This document shows positions 1-8,368 of a DNA stretch of 32,000 bases, one piece after another. Source of the stretch: Gemmata obscuriglobus (GTDB lineage: Bacteria > Planctomycetota > Planctomycetia > Gemmatales > Gemmataceae); assembly GCF_008065095.1 (NCBI RefSeq), contig NZ_CP042911.1, positions 8,580,001 to 8,612,000 of the forward strand, in the 5' to 3' direction. The notes under the pieces were generated by a model. It did not search any database. It saw only the letters and a program-made list of their open reading frames with translations, and had not been told where the DNA came from. The position numbers and the translations under genes were made by a program. Positions within the stretch are counted from its first letter, which is position 1, and each line of letters starts with the position of its first letter.

Positions 1-101
1 GCCTTCCGGAGCGAGCCGGTTTCGGTTTGGCACCCGATCAGCGCCCCGGCGAGGAGTGCGAGTGCGGCCGCGGAACCGGGCCGGAACGCGCGACGAGACA
101 T
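1..101 (-). CDS. putative lipoprotein, N-terminal fragment (gene continues beyond the left edge)
   Basis: Minus-strand ATG at 101-99, with AGGGAGG (plus coordinates 112-118) 10 nt upstream. Translation is MSRRAFRPGSAAALALLAGALIGCQTETGSLRK: a charged n-region, a hydrophobic core and an L-I-G-C lipobox. It is too short in this window to appear in the ORF track. Confidence 0.4.
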   Translation of the reverse strand, partial: MSRRAFRPGSAAALALLAGALIGCQTETGSLRK

Positions 102-460
102 GTGCAACAAACCTCCCTGGCCGGCGGGACGGAAGTCCCGCGAGCCGGAGGTTTAGCACAGTGACAGAGAATTACCAGACGAGAGCGACGAAACGGCGCG
201 GCGTGCTGGGAACGGCGCACATGAAGGAAAGTCCTGTGCGCGAGTCGAGATGCGCTTACTTGCGGTGCCGGATCCGGGAACGCATCCGACGCTTCTTCCG
301 CCCAACCTTACGCCGTCCGGTTCCGCGTCGCCGCCCCATAGCTCGCTCCTGAAGTCTGAATTGGTAACGTGAGGTTCGTGTTTCGTTTAAGAAAGAGAGG
401 TTCTACGCCGCCGCCCGGCGCGCGACAAGCCCTGTCGCGTGTTCCTGGCGCCGCACCCGT

Positions 461-481
461 CAGGGCCTTTCCTTATTTCAC
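461..481. repeat. left terminal inverted repeat of the IS (CAGGGCCTTTCCTTATTTCAC)
   Basis: The reverse complement of 1690-1710 is CAGGGCCTTTCCTTGATTCAC, which matches this repeat at 19 of 21 positions. Confidence 0.75.
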
Positions 482-541
482 CTTGCTTACACGAGGGAAC
501 GTGGCTATGTGGGGCGCCTTCTCGCAGCCAGGAAGGTACCC

Positions 542-1688
542 ATGTCTCCTTGCACCCTGGTCGATGCCCTGGCGGCGGTTCCCGATCCCCGCAGCAAGCA
601 CGGCCTTATCCACCCACTCGCCCCCTTCCTCGGACTCGTCGCCCTCGCCATGCTCATGGGGCGCACCAGCCTCAATGGCATCGCTCGCTTCGGGCGACAG
701 CACGGACCCGCCCTCGCCCATGCCCTCGGCTTCCGACGCGGCAAGACCCCGGCCGTTTCCACGCTCTCCCGCACCCTGCGACGCTTCGACGCCGACCAAC
801 TGGAGCACGTCCTCTCGTACTGGATCGCCAGCCGCGTCGACCCGGCCGCCTTCACACACATCTCCATCGACGGCAAGACCCTTCGAGGCTCTCGCAACGG
901 CGCGATCCCCGGTCAGCACCTGCTGGCCGCATACGCCCCCACCGTCGGTGCCGTACTCGCCCAGGTCAAGGTCGATGCGAGCACCAACGAGCACAAGGCC
1001 GCCTTGACGCTCCTCGGCATTCTGCCGCTGCGAGGGAAGGTCGTGGTCGGCGACGCCATGTTCTGCCAGCGAGACCTGGCCGAGGAGGTGGTCGGGGCCG
1101 GCGGCGACTACGTGCTCACGGTGAAGGACAACCAACCCGGATTGGGGATCGACATCCGAGCCGGGTTCGCCTTCGAGACCGCCGCCCGATCGATCGCGGC
1201 GGCCACTTCCCCCTGGGGATCGGCCTCCGCCCGCCCCGAGCCGCATCGCCACGACCGTCGATAAGGGTCACGGCCGCATCGAGAAGCGGACGCTGCAAAC
1301 GACCTCGATTCTGACGTGCTCGCCGACGTGGGCGGGGGTGAAGCAGGGCTTCCAGTTGACGCGTGAGCGGACGGTCCGAGGCCAAACGACGGTCGAAGTG
1401 CATTTCGGCATCACGAGCCTGTCGGCCGAGAAGGCGGATGCGGCCACACTCCTGAACCATGTGCGGACGCACTGGCGCATCGAGAACGAACTGCATTACG
1501 TGCGTGACGTGACACTGGGCGAGGACGCGTGTCGTGTGCGCATGGGGCACGCACCACAGGTGCTGGCGGCGCTGCGGAACGCCGTGGTGCACCTGTGGCG
1601 TGAGGTCAAGGCGGTGAGTTGCCCGGAGGCGATCGAGCGGCTCCAGATGGACCCGGCAATGGCCAAGGGACTTATCGGAGTTACGTAG
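542..1688 (+). pseudogene. ISAs1-family transposase split by a +1 frame change
   Basis: The N-terminal part (ATG 542, SD AGGAAGG) runs in one frame to a stop at 1264. The conserved TVDKGHGRIEKRTLQTT...HWRIENELHYVRDVTLGED part runs in the next frame, open from about 1140 to 1688. The switch must lie between about 1140 and 1256. The C5/G4 run CTTCCCCCTGGGG at about 1207-1219 is the obvious slippage or indel site. Confidence 0.8.
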
Positions 1689-1689
1689 A

Positions 1690-1710
1690 GTGAATCAAGG
1701 AAAGGCCCTG
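1690..1710. repeat. right terminal inverted repeat of the IS (GTGAATCAAGGAAAGGCCCTG)
   Basis: Pairs with 461-481 and starts 2 nt after the transposase stop at 1688. Confidence 0.75.
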
Positions 1711-1863
1711 GGGTACCCGTTAGAACCCGTTCGACCGGCGCAAGCGGCGCCGCTCGCGAGCCCTCGGGGCGGTGGGACGATTCTCCGCCGGATGCGGGGG
1801 CACGCCGTAGCCGATAGCAGTATCGGCAGGGTTTGATGAGGTGCCGCGTGCCGGTGGTCCGGG

Positions 1864-1892
1864 TTGTCCGTATTTGGCACCGTCGATATACT
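1864..1892 (+). promoter_or_regulatory. candidate sigma70-like promoter for the FAS-like cluster
   Basis: TTGTCC (1864-1869), a 17-nt spacer, then TATACT (1887-1892), in the only AT-richer patch upstream of ATG 1933. The promoter consensus for this lineage is not known to me. Confidence 0.25.
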
Positions 1893-1932
1893 TTCTACTT
1901 GTTTACAATGCGCGGGACGGAGAGCGCCGCGG

Positions 1933-2421
1933 ATGCGGTTCCACCTGATCGACCGAATCGACCGCTGCGAGCCGGGCAAGTCCCTCGCCGCCGCGAAGTT
2001 CCTGGCGCTGGGCGAGGAGTACCTCAAGGACCACTTCCCGCAGTTCCCGGTCATGCCCGGCGTGCTGATGCTCCAATCGTGTGTCGAGGCGGCCGCATGG
2101 CTGTGGCGCGCCACCACGGATTACGAGCACCCGGTGATCGTGCTGCGCGATCTGAAACTTGTAAAGTACGGGACGTTCATGCTGCCCGGGCACCGCATGG
2201 ACGTCACCGTCGAGTTGACCAAAACGGACGCCGCCGCCGGCACCGCGACGTTTAAGGCCGAGGGCGCGAACGAATCGCGTGAATCGACGGTGAAGGCGAA
2301 CTTCGTGCTCCACGGTTACTCGCTCGCGGGTCGCGGCCCGACCGGGGACGCGACCGACGCGAAGTTGATCGAACACTGGAAGGCGCGGTGGGCGCTGCTT
2401 ACCGGCGGGTTGCGCGGCTAA
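1933..2421 (+). CDS. FabZ/FabA-like hotdog-fold dehydratase paralog with the catalytic Glu position replaced by Gln
   Basis: Carries the motif DHFPQFPVMPGVLMLQSCVEA, against the FabZ pattern HFPxxPxxPGVLxxEAxAQ. His is present, and the Glu position reads Gln. I prefer the start MRFHLIDRI over the ORF-track start at 1864. Confidence 0.8.
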   Translation: MRFHLIDRIDRCEPGKSLAAAKFLALGEEYLKDHFPQFPVMPGVLMLQSCVEAAAWLWRATTDYEHPVIVLRDLKLVKYGTFMLPGHRMDVTVELTKTDAAAGTATFKAEGANESRESTVKANFVLHGYSLAGRGPTGDATDAKLIEHWKARWALLTGGLRG

Positions 2422-2501
2422 CAGTTTGGAGTGAGACGGTTTAGTTCCGTCTCTCCTCTCAAAGAAACAGGCGGACCGGGAACGATAGACAGGACGCACG
2501 A

Positions 2502-3266
2502 ATGCTGCTGAAGGACCAAATCGCGCTGGTAACGGGCGGGAGCCGCGGGATCGGCCGCGGGATCGTGCTGGCGCTCGCACGCGAAGGCGCGAAGGTGACC
2601 TTCGTTTACCACAGCAACGCCGACGCCGCCAACGCACTGGCGCAAGAGGTGGCCGCTGCAGGTGGCACCGCGAAGGGTGTTCAGGCCGACGTGGCCGATC
2701 CGGCCGCCGCACAGACCGTTGTGGACGGCGTTCTGGCGGAACACGGGCGGCTCGATATTCTGGTGAACAACGCCGGCGTTATCCGGGACAAGCTGTTCCT
2801 GAAAATGGAAGCGGACGACTGGAACGCGGTCATCAACACGAACCTGACCGGGACGTTCGCGTTCTGCAAGGCCGTCGCCCAGCAGATGGCCTTCAAGCAG
2901 CGGTCCGGGCGGATCGTGAACGTGTCCAGCATCGCCGCCGAACACGTGAACAAGGGCCAGGCGAACTACGCGGCGAGCAAGGGCGCGGTCAACAGCTTCA
3001 CCCGCGTGCTGGCCGCGGAACTGGCCGCCCGCAACGTGCTGGTGAACGCGGTGGCCCCCGGGTTCATCGCGACCGACATGAGCCAGGCTGTGCGCAACCT
3101 GGCGGGCGAAGACAACCTCAAAAAGATCATTCCGGTGCGGCGGCTCGGGACACCGGACGACATCGCCAACGTGGTCCTCTTCCTTTGCGGCCCGGCCGCG
3201 GCGTACGTCACCGGGCAGGTGATTACCGTGGACGGCGGCCTCAGCCTCGGGGCGGTGTCCGGCTGA
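2502..3266 (+). CDS. fabG: 3-oxoacyl-ACP reductase (SDR family, FabG-like)
   Basis: Shows TGGSRGIG Rossmann motif, NNAG, the S...YxxxK triad (SSIAAE..., NYAASK) and PGFIATDM. AGGA lies 7 nt upstream of the ATG. Confidence 0.9.
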   Translation: MLLKDQIALVTGGSRGIGRGIVLALAREGAKVTFVYHSNADAANALAQEVAAAGGTAKGVQADVADPAAAQTVVDGVLAEHGRLDILVNNAGVIRDKLFLKMEADDWNAVINTNLTGTFAFCKAVAQQMAFKQRSGRIVNVSSIAAEHVNKGQANYAASKGAVNSFTRVLAAELAARNVLVNAVAPGFIATDMSQAVRNLAGEDNLKKIIPVRRLGTPDDIANVVLFLCGPAAAYVTGQVITVDGGLSLGAVSG

Positions 3267-3293
3267 GCCCCAAGCCGGTTGGAGAACACTCAG

Positions 3294-3683
3294 ATGACAC
3301 GCGAAGATATTTTCGACAAGGTCCGCAAGACCCTGATTGAGGCCCTGAGCGTCGACGACGATCAGGTCACCCCGACCGCCCGGCTCAAGGGCGACCTGGG
3401 GGCCGAGTCCATCGACTTCCTGGACATCGTGTTCAGGCTCGAGAAGCAGTTCGACGTGAAGATCCCGCGCGAAGAGCTCTTCCCCGAGTCGATCTTCCAG
3501 GGCGACGCGGCGTTCGTCTCCGGCGGGAAGGTCACCGCGGTGGGGCTGGCCGAGCTCGAAAAGCAGATGCCCTACGCGGACCTCGCCGAGTTCAAAAAGG
3601 ACCCGCGTCTGGACAAGGTCGAGGACCTGTTCACCGTGGAACTGATCGTTCGTTACCTGGAATCCAAAGTCGGGAAGAAGTGA
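3294..3683 (+). CDS. acyl carrier protein with a roughly 45-aa internal insertion (129 aa)
   Basis: Phosphopantetheine-site motif DLGAESIDFLDIVFRLE. A helix-IV-like LFTVELIVRYLESKV lies at the C-terminus, separated by an extra segment PESIFQGD...PRLDKVED. ATG 3294 has GGAG 7 nt upstream. The ORF-track TTG at 3279 overlaps that SD. Confidence 0.8.
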   Translation: MTREDIFDKVRKTLIEALSVDDDQVTPTARLKGDLGAESIDFLDIVFRLEKQFDVKIPREELFPESIFQGDAAFVSGGKVTAVGLAELEKQMPYADLAEFKKDPRLDKVEDLFTVELIVRYLESKVGKK

Positions 3684-3769
3684 GCCGCGGGCGGCGCGGA
3701 GGCGGGTGCCCGGGCGCCGCGTTGCCCGCTCCCCGGCTCGAACGGCATGCCCCGCACTGAGAACTGTTT

Positions 3770-4261
3770 ATGCGCTGGACGTGGATCGACCGGTTCGTGG
3801 CGTTCGAGTCCGGCAAATCGGCGACCGCGGTGAAGAACCTCAGTCTCGCCGAAGACCACTTCGCGGACCACTTCCCGGGCTTCCCGGTGATGCCGGCGCC
3901 CCTCATCCTCGAAGGGCTCGCCCAGACCGGCGGCATTCTCGTCGGCGAGGCTCGGCAGTACCGCGAGAACGTTGTGCTCGCGAAAATGTCCAACATGAAG
4001 TTCCACCGCGACGCCCTCGCGGGCGAACAATTGACCTACACGACCACGCTGATCGACCTCAACGACACCGGGGCTCGGGTCGCCGCGACCGCGCGCAGTG
4101 GTGCCGATCTGGTTGTGGAAGGTGAGATTCTGTTCGCGCATGCGAACCCGAGCCAGCTCCCGCCGGGGTTGCCCGACACCAAATTCGTGTTCAACGGTGA
4201 GCTGACACACCTGTTGCGGATGGCCGCAGCGGTAAGTAAACCTGCGGCCGCCGGCGGGTAG
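3770..4261 (+). CDS. FabZ/FabA-like hotdog-fold dehydratase (His and Glu both present)
   Basis: Motif DHFPGFPVMPAPLILEGLAQTGG matches the FabZ active-site motif, including Glu. Confidence 0.85.
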   Translation: MRWTWIDRFVAFESGKSATAVKNLSLAEDHFADHFPGFPVMPAPLILEGLAQTGGILVGEARQYRENVVLAKMSNMKFHRDALAGEQLTYTTTLIDLNDTGARVAATARSGADLVVEGEILFAHANPSQLPPGLPDTKFVFNGELTHLLRMAAAVSKPAAAGG

Positions 4262-4287
4262 CGGTACTACGGAGCGCGAAACGATCT

Positions 4288-4316
4288 GAAGCCCCGTTCG
4301 GGGCTTCTCTTATTTC
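4288..4316 (+). terminator. rho-independent terminator-like hairpin inside the cluster
   Basis: GAAGCCCC (4288-4295), loop GTTC, GGGGCTTC (4300-4307), followed by TCTTATTTC. It lies 27 nt after the dehydratase stop. Confidence 0.6.
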
Positions 4317-4433
4317 GCTCGGGCCTAATAACCCAAATTACCCGTTTTACCGCTCTTTCCGGAACGCAAAACCTGAGAGTGTAAGCGAATCGGACGCAAG
4401 TCCGGCGGCGGAATACACTACCACTTGAAATAA

Positions 4434-4487
4434 CCGGTACCCGCGCGGAGCGGACCGGACCCGCGGAGTTCAGCGCGAGTGGCCGAC
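4434..4487 (+). repeat. copy 1 of a dispersed roughly 55-65 nt repeat (core CGCGGAGCGGACCGGAC-N-CGCGGAG)
   Basis: A 17-nt core identical to 13634-13650. Flanking similarity is CCGG(T/C)A upstream and TTCA..GCG(A/T)GAGTGG..CC.ACA downstream. It abuts or overlaps the KS-paralog start codon. Confidence 0.6.
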
Positions 4488-5762
4488 ATGGCAAGTACCC
4501 CCCGCCGCACCGTGCTGACCGGGTTCGGCGTGCTCAGTCCGATCGGTTCGACGCCCGAAGCGTTCTGGGACGCCCTGGTCGCGGGGGTGTGCGGCGTTCG
4601 CACGATCTCGCTCCTGGACGCGTCCGAACTGCCGTGCCACATCGCGGGCGAGGTGCCGAACTTCTCCGCGAAGGCGATGATCGACAAGAGCTACCGCCGC
4701 TCGCTCAACGCGATGGCACGCACCGTCGAGTTGGGGGTGATCGGGTCGCAGCTCGGGCTGGCCAACGCCGGGATCGCGAAGGGGACCGTTCCGGCGCACC
4801 GGATCGGGATCGAGTTCGCGTCGCTCATGGGTGCTACCGAACTGAACGACATGGCCGCGGCCAGCCGGATCGCGTCGCCCGACGGAAAAACGCTGGACTA
4901 CGGGGTCTGGGGCTCGGCCGGGCTGAACGAGATCGCGCCGCTCTGGATGCTCAAGTACCTGCCGAACATGCCGGCGTGTCACACGACCATCCTCTACGAC
5001 ATCCAGGGGCCGAGCAACACCCAGATCCCCGGCGACACCTCCGGCCTCGTCGCCCTCGCCGAAGCGGCCCGCATCATCCGCCGCGACGCGGCCGACGTGA
5101 TGGTCGTGGGCAGCAGCGAGGGGCGCATCAACCCGATCACGCTGAGCCGCTACAACCTGTTCCTGCAACTGTCGAAACGCAACGACGACCCGGCGCACGC
5201 GGTCCGGCCGTTCGACCTCACCCGCGACGGCACCGTGTACGGCGAAGGGGCGGCGGTGTTCGCCCTGGAAGAGCTTGAACACGCCAGGGGCCGGAAGGCG
5301 AACATCGTCGGCGAACTGGTCGGGTGGGCGGCGGGGGTGGACCGCGGGAAGAAGGGGCCGGGGCTGGCCCGCGTCATCCGGAACGCGCTGGCGGCGGCCG
5401 GCATTGAGCCGAAGGACGTGGACCACGTCAACGCGCACGGCACCGGCACCACGGTGGGCGATGCGTTCGAGGCCCGCGGCATTGCCGACGTGTTCGGGCG
5501 GGATGTGCCGGTTTTCGCGCCGCTGAGCCGGTTCGGCAACCTCGGGGCCGCGTCCGGGCTCATGGAACTGGCGTGCAGCGTGCAGGCGTTCAAGAACGGC
5601 CTGCTGCCCGGAACGCTGAACCACGAGAGCCCCGATCCGGCGTGTCCTATTAGCGTCCACGTTGGCGCGCCCCGGCCCGTCACGAAGCCGTACGTCGTGA
5701 AGGTCACTTACACCGACCTGGGCCAGTGTGCGGCGGCGGTGGTGAAGCGGTGGGATTCGTAG
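4479..5762 (+). CDS. beta-ketoacyl synthase paralog lacking the catalytic Cys (chain-length-factor-like partner)
   Basis: Has the KS fold throughout. The active-site position reads [11 protein letters not shown] instead of TACxxG (Cys to Asp). The first His is kept (VNAHGTGT). The second His motif reads [11 protein letters not shown] (His to Asn). The start is either GTG 4479 or ATG 4488. Confidence 0.85.
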   Translation: MADMASTPRRTVLTGFGVLSPIGSTPEAFWDALVAGVCGVRTISLLDASELPCHIAGEVPNFSAKAMIDKSYRRSLNAMARTVELGVIGSQLGLANAGIAKGTVPAHRIGIEFASLMGATELNDMAAASRIASPDGKTLDYGVWGSAGLNEIAPLWMLKYLPNMPACHTTILYDIQGPSNTQIPGDTSGLVALAEAARIIRRDAADVMVVGSSEGRINPITLSRYNLFLQLSKRNDDPAHAVRPFDLTRDGTVYGEGAAVFALEELEHARGRKANIVGELVGWAAGVDRGKKGPGLARVIRNALAAAGIEPKDVDHVNAHGTGTTVGDAFEARGIADVFGRDVPVFAPLSRFGNLGAASGLMELACSVQAFKNGLLPGTLNHESPDPACPISVHVGAPRPVTKPYVVKVTYTDLGQCAAAVVKRWDS

Positions 5763-5868
5763 ACCGCGGAGCAGTTTTGACCGGGGGCGAGCGGGATCGA
5801 GAGGCGGGAGCCAGTTCTTCGCCTTTCCTGTCCCCGTCGAACGCTCTTCTTTGGTGAGAGGCGGAGAG

Positions 5869-7158
5869 ATGCGTAAACGGGTCGTCATCACCGGGATGGG
5901 CGTCATCACCCCGCTGGGGCACAGCGTGGCCGAGCTGTTCGCCAACTCCGCCGCGGGGCGCACCGCGGTCGGCCCGATCCGGCACTTCGACGCGCGCACG
6001 TTCCCGACCACCTTCGCCTCCGAGGTAAAGGGGTTCGATCTCGCGAAGTACCTTCCGGACGCGAACCGTTTCGACAACTGCGGCGTGAACACGAAGTTCG
6101 CGCTGGCCGCGGGCAAGCAGGCCCTCGCCGACGCCGGGCTGCTCGACGTGAAGGGCGACCGGTCGCGGATGGGCGTGTACCTCGGCTCCGGCGAGGGCAA
6201 AGAGGACTTCGAGGCCCTCACGACCAGCACCGCGCAGGCCACCGCCCCGGGCGAGCGGGTGTGCAACATCCGCGAGGCCGTCGGGCTGCTGTACCGGCGC
6301 CTCAGCGGCCCGCAAGAGGCCGAGCAAGAGATGTACGGCCCGTCCGGCTACCTCGCCGACACGTTCGTGCTGGAGGGGCCGTTCGCGTCGTGCCAAACGG
6401 CGTGCGCGGCCAGCTCGCAGGCCATCGGCGAGGCGGCCGAGATGATCCGCACCGGCGAGGCGGACGTGATGCTCGCCGGCGGGTCGCACAGCATGATCAT
6501 GCCGCTGGGCATCACCGGGTTCAACCGGCTGACGGCCCTCTCGCAGCGCAACGACAGCCCCCAGACCGCCAGCCGCCCGTTCGACCTGACCCGCGACGGG
6601 TTCGTCATCGGCGAGGGGGCGGGGCTGGTCGTGCTGGAGGACCTGGAGCACGCGAAGAAGCGCGGCGCGAACATCCTCGCCGAGCTGACCGGGTACGGCT
6701 CGACGGCCGACGCGTTCCGGATGACGGACCCGCACCCGGAAGGGCGCGGGGCGATCCGCTGCATGCGGGACGCGCTCGCGGACGCCGGGCTGAACCCCAC
6801 CGACATCGGGTACATCAACGCGCACGGCACCAGCACCCAGGCGAACGACTCCGCGGAGACGGCGGCCATCAAGGCGGTGTTCGGCGATTACGCCTACAAG
6901 CTGCCGGTGTCGAGCAGCAAAAGCATGCTGGGCCATTTAATCGCTGCGGCCGGCGTGGCCGAACTGGTGATTTCGGTAATGGCGCTTCAGAAAGGTGTGA
7001 TCCCCCCGACGATCAATTTGGAGACGCCGGACCCGGTGTGCGACCTCGATTACGTCCCCAGGACCGCGCGCGAGGTGCGGTTCGACCACGTGCTGTCGAA
7101 CAGCTTCGGCTTCGGCGGGCAGAACATCGCACTGGTCGCGAGCGCGTTCCGGGGGTGA
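5869..7158 (+). CDS. beta-ketoacyl-ACP synthase (FabF/KAS II-like), catalytically intact
   Basis: Shows [15 protein letters not shown] (Cys), INAHGTST (His), [15 protein letters not shown] (Lys/His) and the C-terminal NSFGFGGQN. Start [12 protein letters not shown] has GAGAGG upstream. It carries an extra roughly 40-aa segment ([10 protein letters not shown]...EQEMYGPSG). Confidence 0.9.
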   Translation: MRKRVVITGMGVITPLGHSVAELFANSAAGRTAVGPIRHFDARTFPTTFASEVKGFDLAKYLPDANRFDNCGVNTKFALAAGKQALADAGLLDVKGDRSRMGVYLGSGEGKEDFEALTTSTAQATAPGERVCNIREAVGLLYRRLSGPQEAEQEMYGPSGYLADTFVLEGPFASCQTACAASSQAIGEAAEMIRTGEADVMLAGGSHSMIMPLGITGFNRLTALSQRNDSPQTASRPFDLTRDGFVIGEGAGLVVLEDLEHAKKRGANILAELTGYGSTADAFRMTDPHPEGRGAIRCMRDALADAGLNPTDIGYINAHGTSTQANDSAETAAIKAVFGDYAYKLPVSSSKSMLGHLIAAAGVAELVISVMALQKGVIPPTINLETPDPVCDLDYVPRTAREVRFDHVLSNSFGFGGQNIALVASAFRG

Positions 7159-7312
7159 GTCGCTCCGCGGCCCCCGTGAATGGCCGGGGCGGTGCTCCGA
7201 TGATAAGAAGTTGGTGATTCTAACCAGGAGCCGGTGACAGGAGGTTGCCCCGTCGGTCAAGCGGCGGGCGGCGCTGGTCGCGTTGGATTCATTCCGACCC
7301 GGGAGGTCCAGG

Positions 7313-8305
7313 GTGGTTTTCTGGCTGACGATCGTCGTCTCGCTACTTATCGCGGTCCCGCCGGTCGCGGCCGGGTTATTCCTGTCCGTCGTGTACCTGT
7401 ACGTGCGATGGCGGTACATGGGGTTCCTGACCCGCATCTTCCAGGAGAAGCCGCTGTTCGTGGTGCCGCGCGGCGAGCCGGACCCGCTGGCCAGCGAGGT
7501 CACCATTGCCGCGGCCGACGGGCTGGCGCTGCGCGGGTGTTACATCCCGACCACCGCGCCCGAACGTAAAGGCGTGATCCTGTTCGGCCTGGAATTCGGC
7601 TCCAACCGGTGGGCGTGTCGCCAGTACTGCCAGGCGCTGATCGCGTCCGGCTACGACGTGTTCGCGGTCGAAACGCGGAACCAGGGCGAGAGCGAGCGCG
7701 ATGCGAACTACGAACCGCTCCAGTGGGTCACGGACCGGGACGTGTCCGACATGCGGTCGGCGGTCGCGTACCTGAAGTCGCGCCCGGACGCTCCGGCCAA
7801 CGGGATCGGCATTTTCGGGATCAGCAAGGGAGGCAGCACCGGGCTGATCGTCGCCGCCGCCGACCCCTGGGTGAAGTGCGTCGTCACCGACGGTATGTAC
7901 GGCACGCACACGACGCTGGTGCCGTACATGCAGCGCTGGATTCAGATCTACAGCGGAAACCGGCGCATCCAGAAGGTGCTGCCGAACTGGTTCTACGGCG
8001 CGATCGGCACCGTGGGCGTGAAGAAGGTGGCACGCAACCGCGGGGTGACGTACCCGAGTGTGGAAAAGGCCGCGGCGAAGTTGTTCCGGCCGCTGCTGAT
8101 GATCCACGGCGGCGGCGACACGTACATCAAGCCGGAAATGGCCCAGTCGCTGTTCGCCCGCGCGACCGGTCGTAAGAAGCTGTGGGTGGTTCCCAACGCG
8201 AAACACAACCAGGCGTTGCACGTCGCGACCGACGATTACAACCGCACGGTGACCGAGTTCTTCGACCGGCACCTGGCGAAAAAAGCCCTGGAGGCGGTGG
8301 GGTAG
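7313..8305 (+). CDS. membrane-anchored alpha/beta hydrolase (Ser-Asp-His; S9/dienelactone-hydrolase-like)
   Basis: N-terminal TM helix VFWLTIVVSLLIAVPPVAAGLFLSVVYLYV. Nucleophile elbow GISKGGS, HGGGDTYI (Asp) and NAKHNQ (His). GTG 7313 has GGGAGG (7301-7306) 6 nt upstream, so I prefer it to the ORF-track TTG at 7283. Confidence 0.75.
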   Translation: MVFWLTIVVSLLIAVPPVAAGLFLSVVYLYVRWRYMGFLTRIFQEKPLFVVPRGEPDPLASEVTIAAADGLALRGCYIPTTAPERKGVILFGLEFGSNRWACRQYCQALIASGYDVFAVETRNQGESERDANYEPLQWVTDRDVSDMRSAVAYLKSRPDAPANGIGIFGISKGGSTGLIVAAADPWVKCVVTDGMYGTHTTLVPYMQRWIQIYSGNRRIQKVLPNWFYGAIGTVGVKKVARNRGVTYPSVEKAAAKLFRPLLMIHGGGDTYIKPEMAQSLFARATGRKKLWVVPNAKHNQALHVATDDYNRTVTEFFDRHLAKKALEAVG

Positions 8306-8368
8306 GTCGGCTTGACGCTGGGAGAGACGGGGGGAATAAGGCGGCGCTCGTTTCCCCCGGAGCCGCTC

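Larger units (their letters stand above)
461..1710 (+). mobile_element. ISAs1-family insertion sequence (about 1.25 kb), transposase frameshifted
   Basis: Bounded by 21-nt terminal inverted repeats matching 19/21. The internal ORFs carry ISAs1 / H-repeat transposase hallmarks: N-terminal DPR motif (AAVPDPRSKHG), VKDNQP, DKGHGRIEKRT and HWRIENELHYVRDVTLGED. Confidence 0.8.

Noticed and set aside
56-1314. ORFs 56-352(+), 369-1007(+), 439-1314(+) and 473-1252(-) around the IS left end.
   Set aside because: They are Arg/Pro-rich, cross the IS terminal repeat or overlap the transposase frame that carries the family motifs, and lack start signals.
451-1720. A target-site duplication flanking the IS: ACCCGT at 455-460 and at 1715-1720.
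   Set aside because: The left copy abuts the IR, but the right copy is 4 nt away from it. The 10-nt flanks match at only 6/10 positions. This is not convincing as a TSD.
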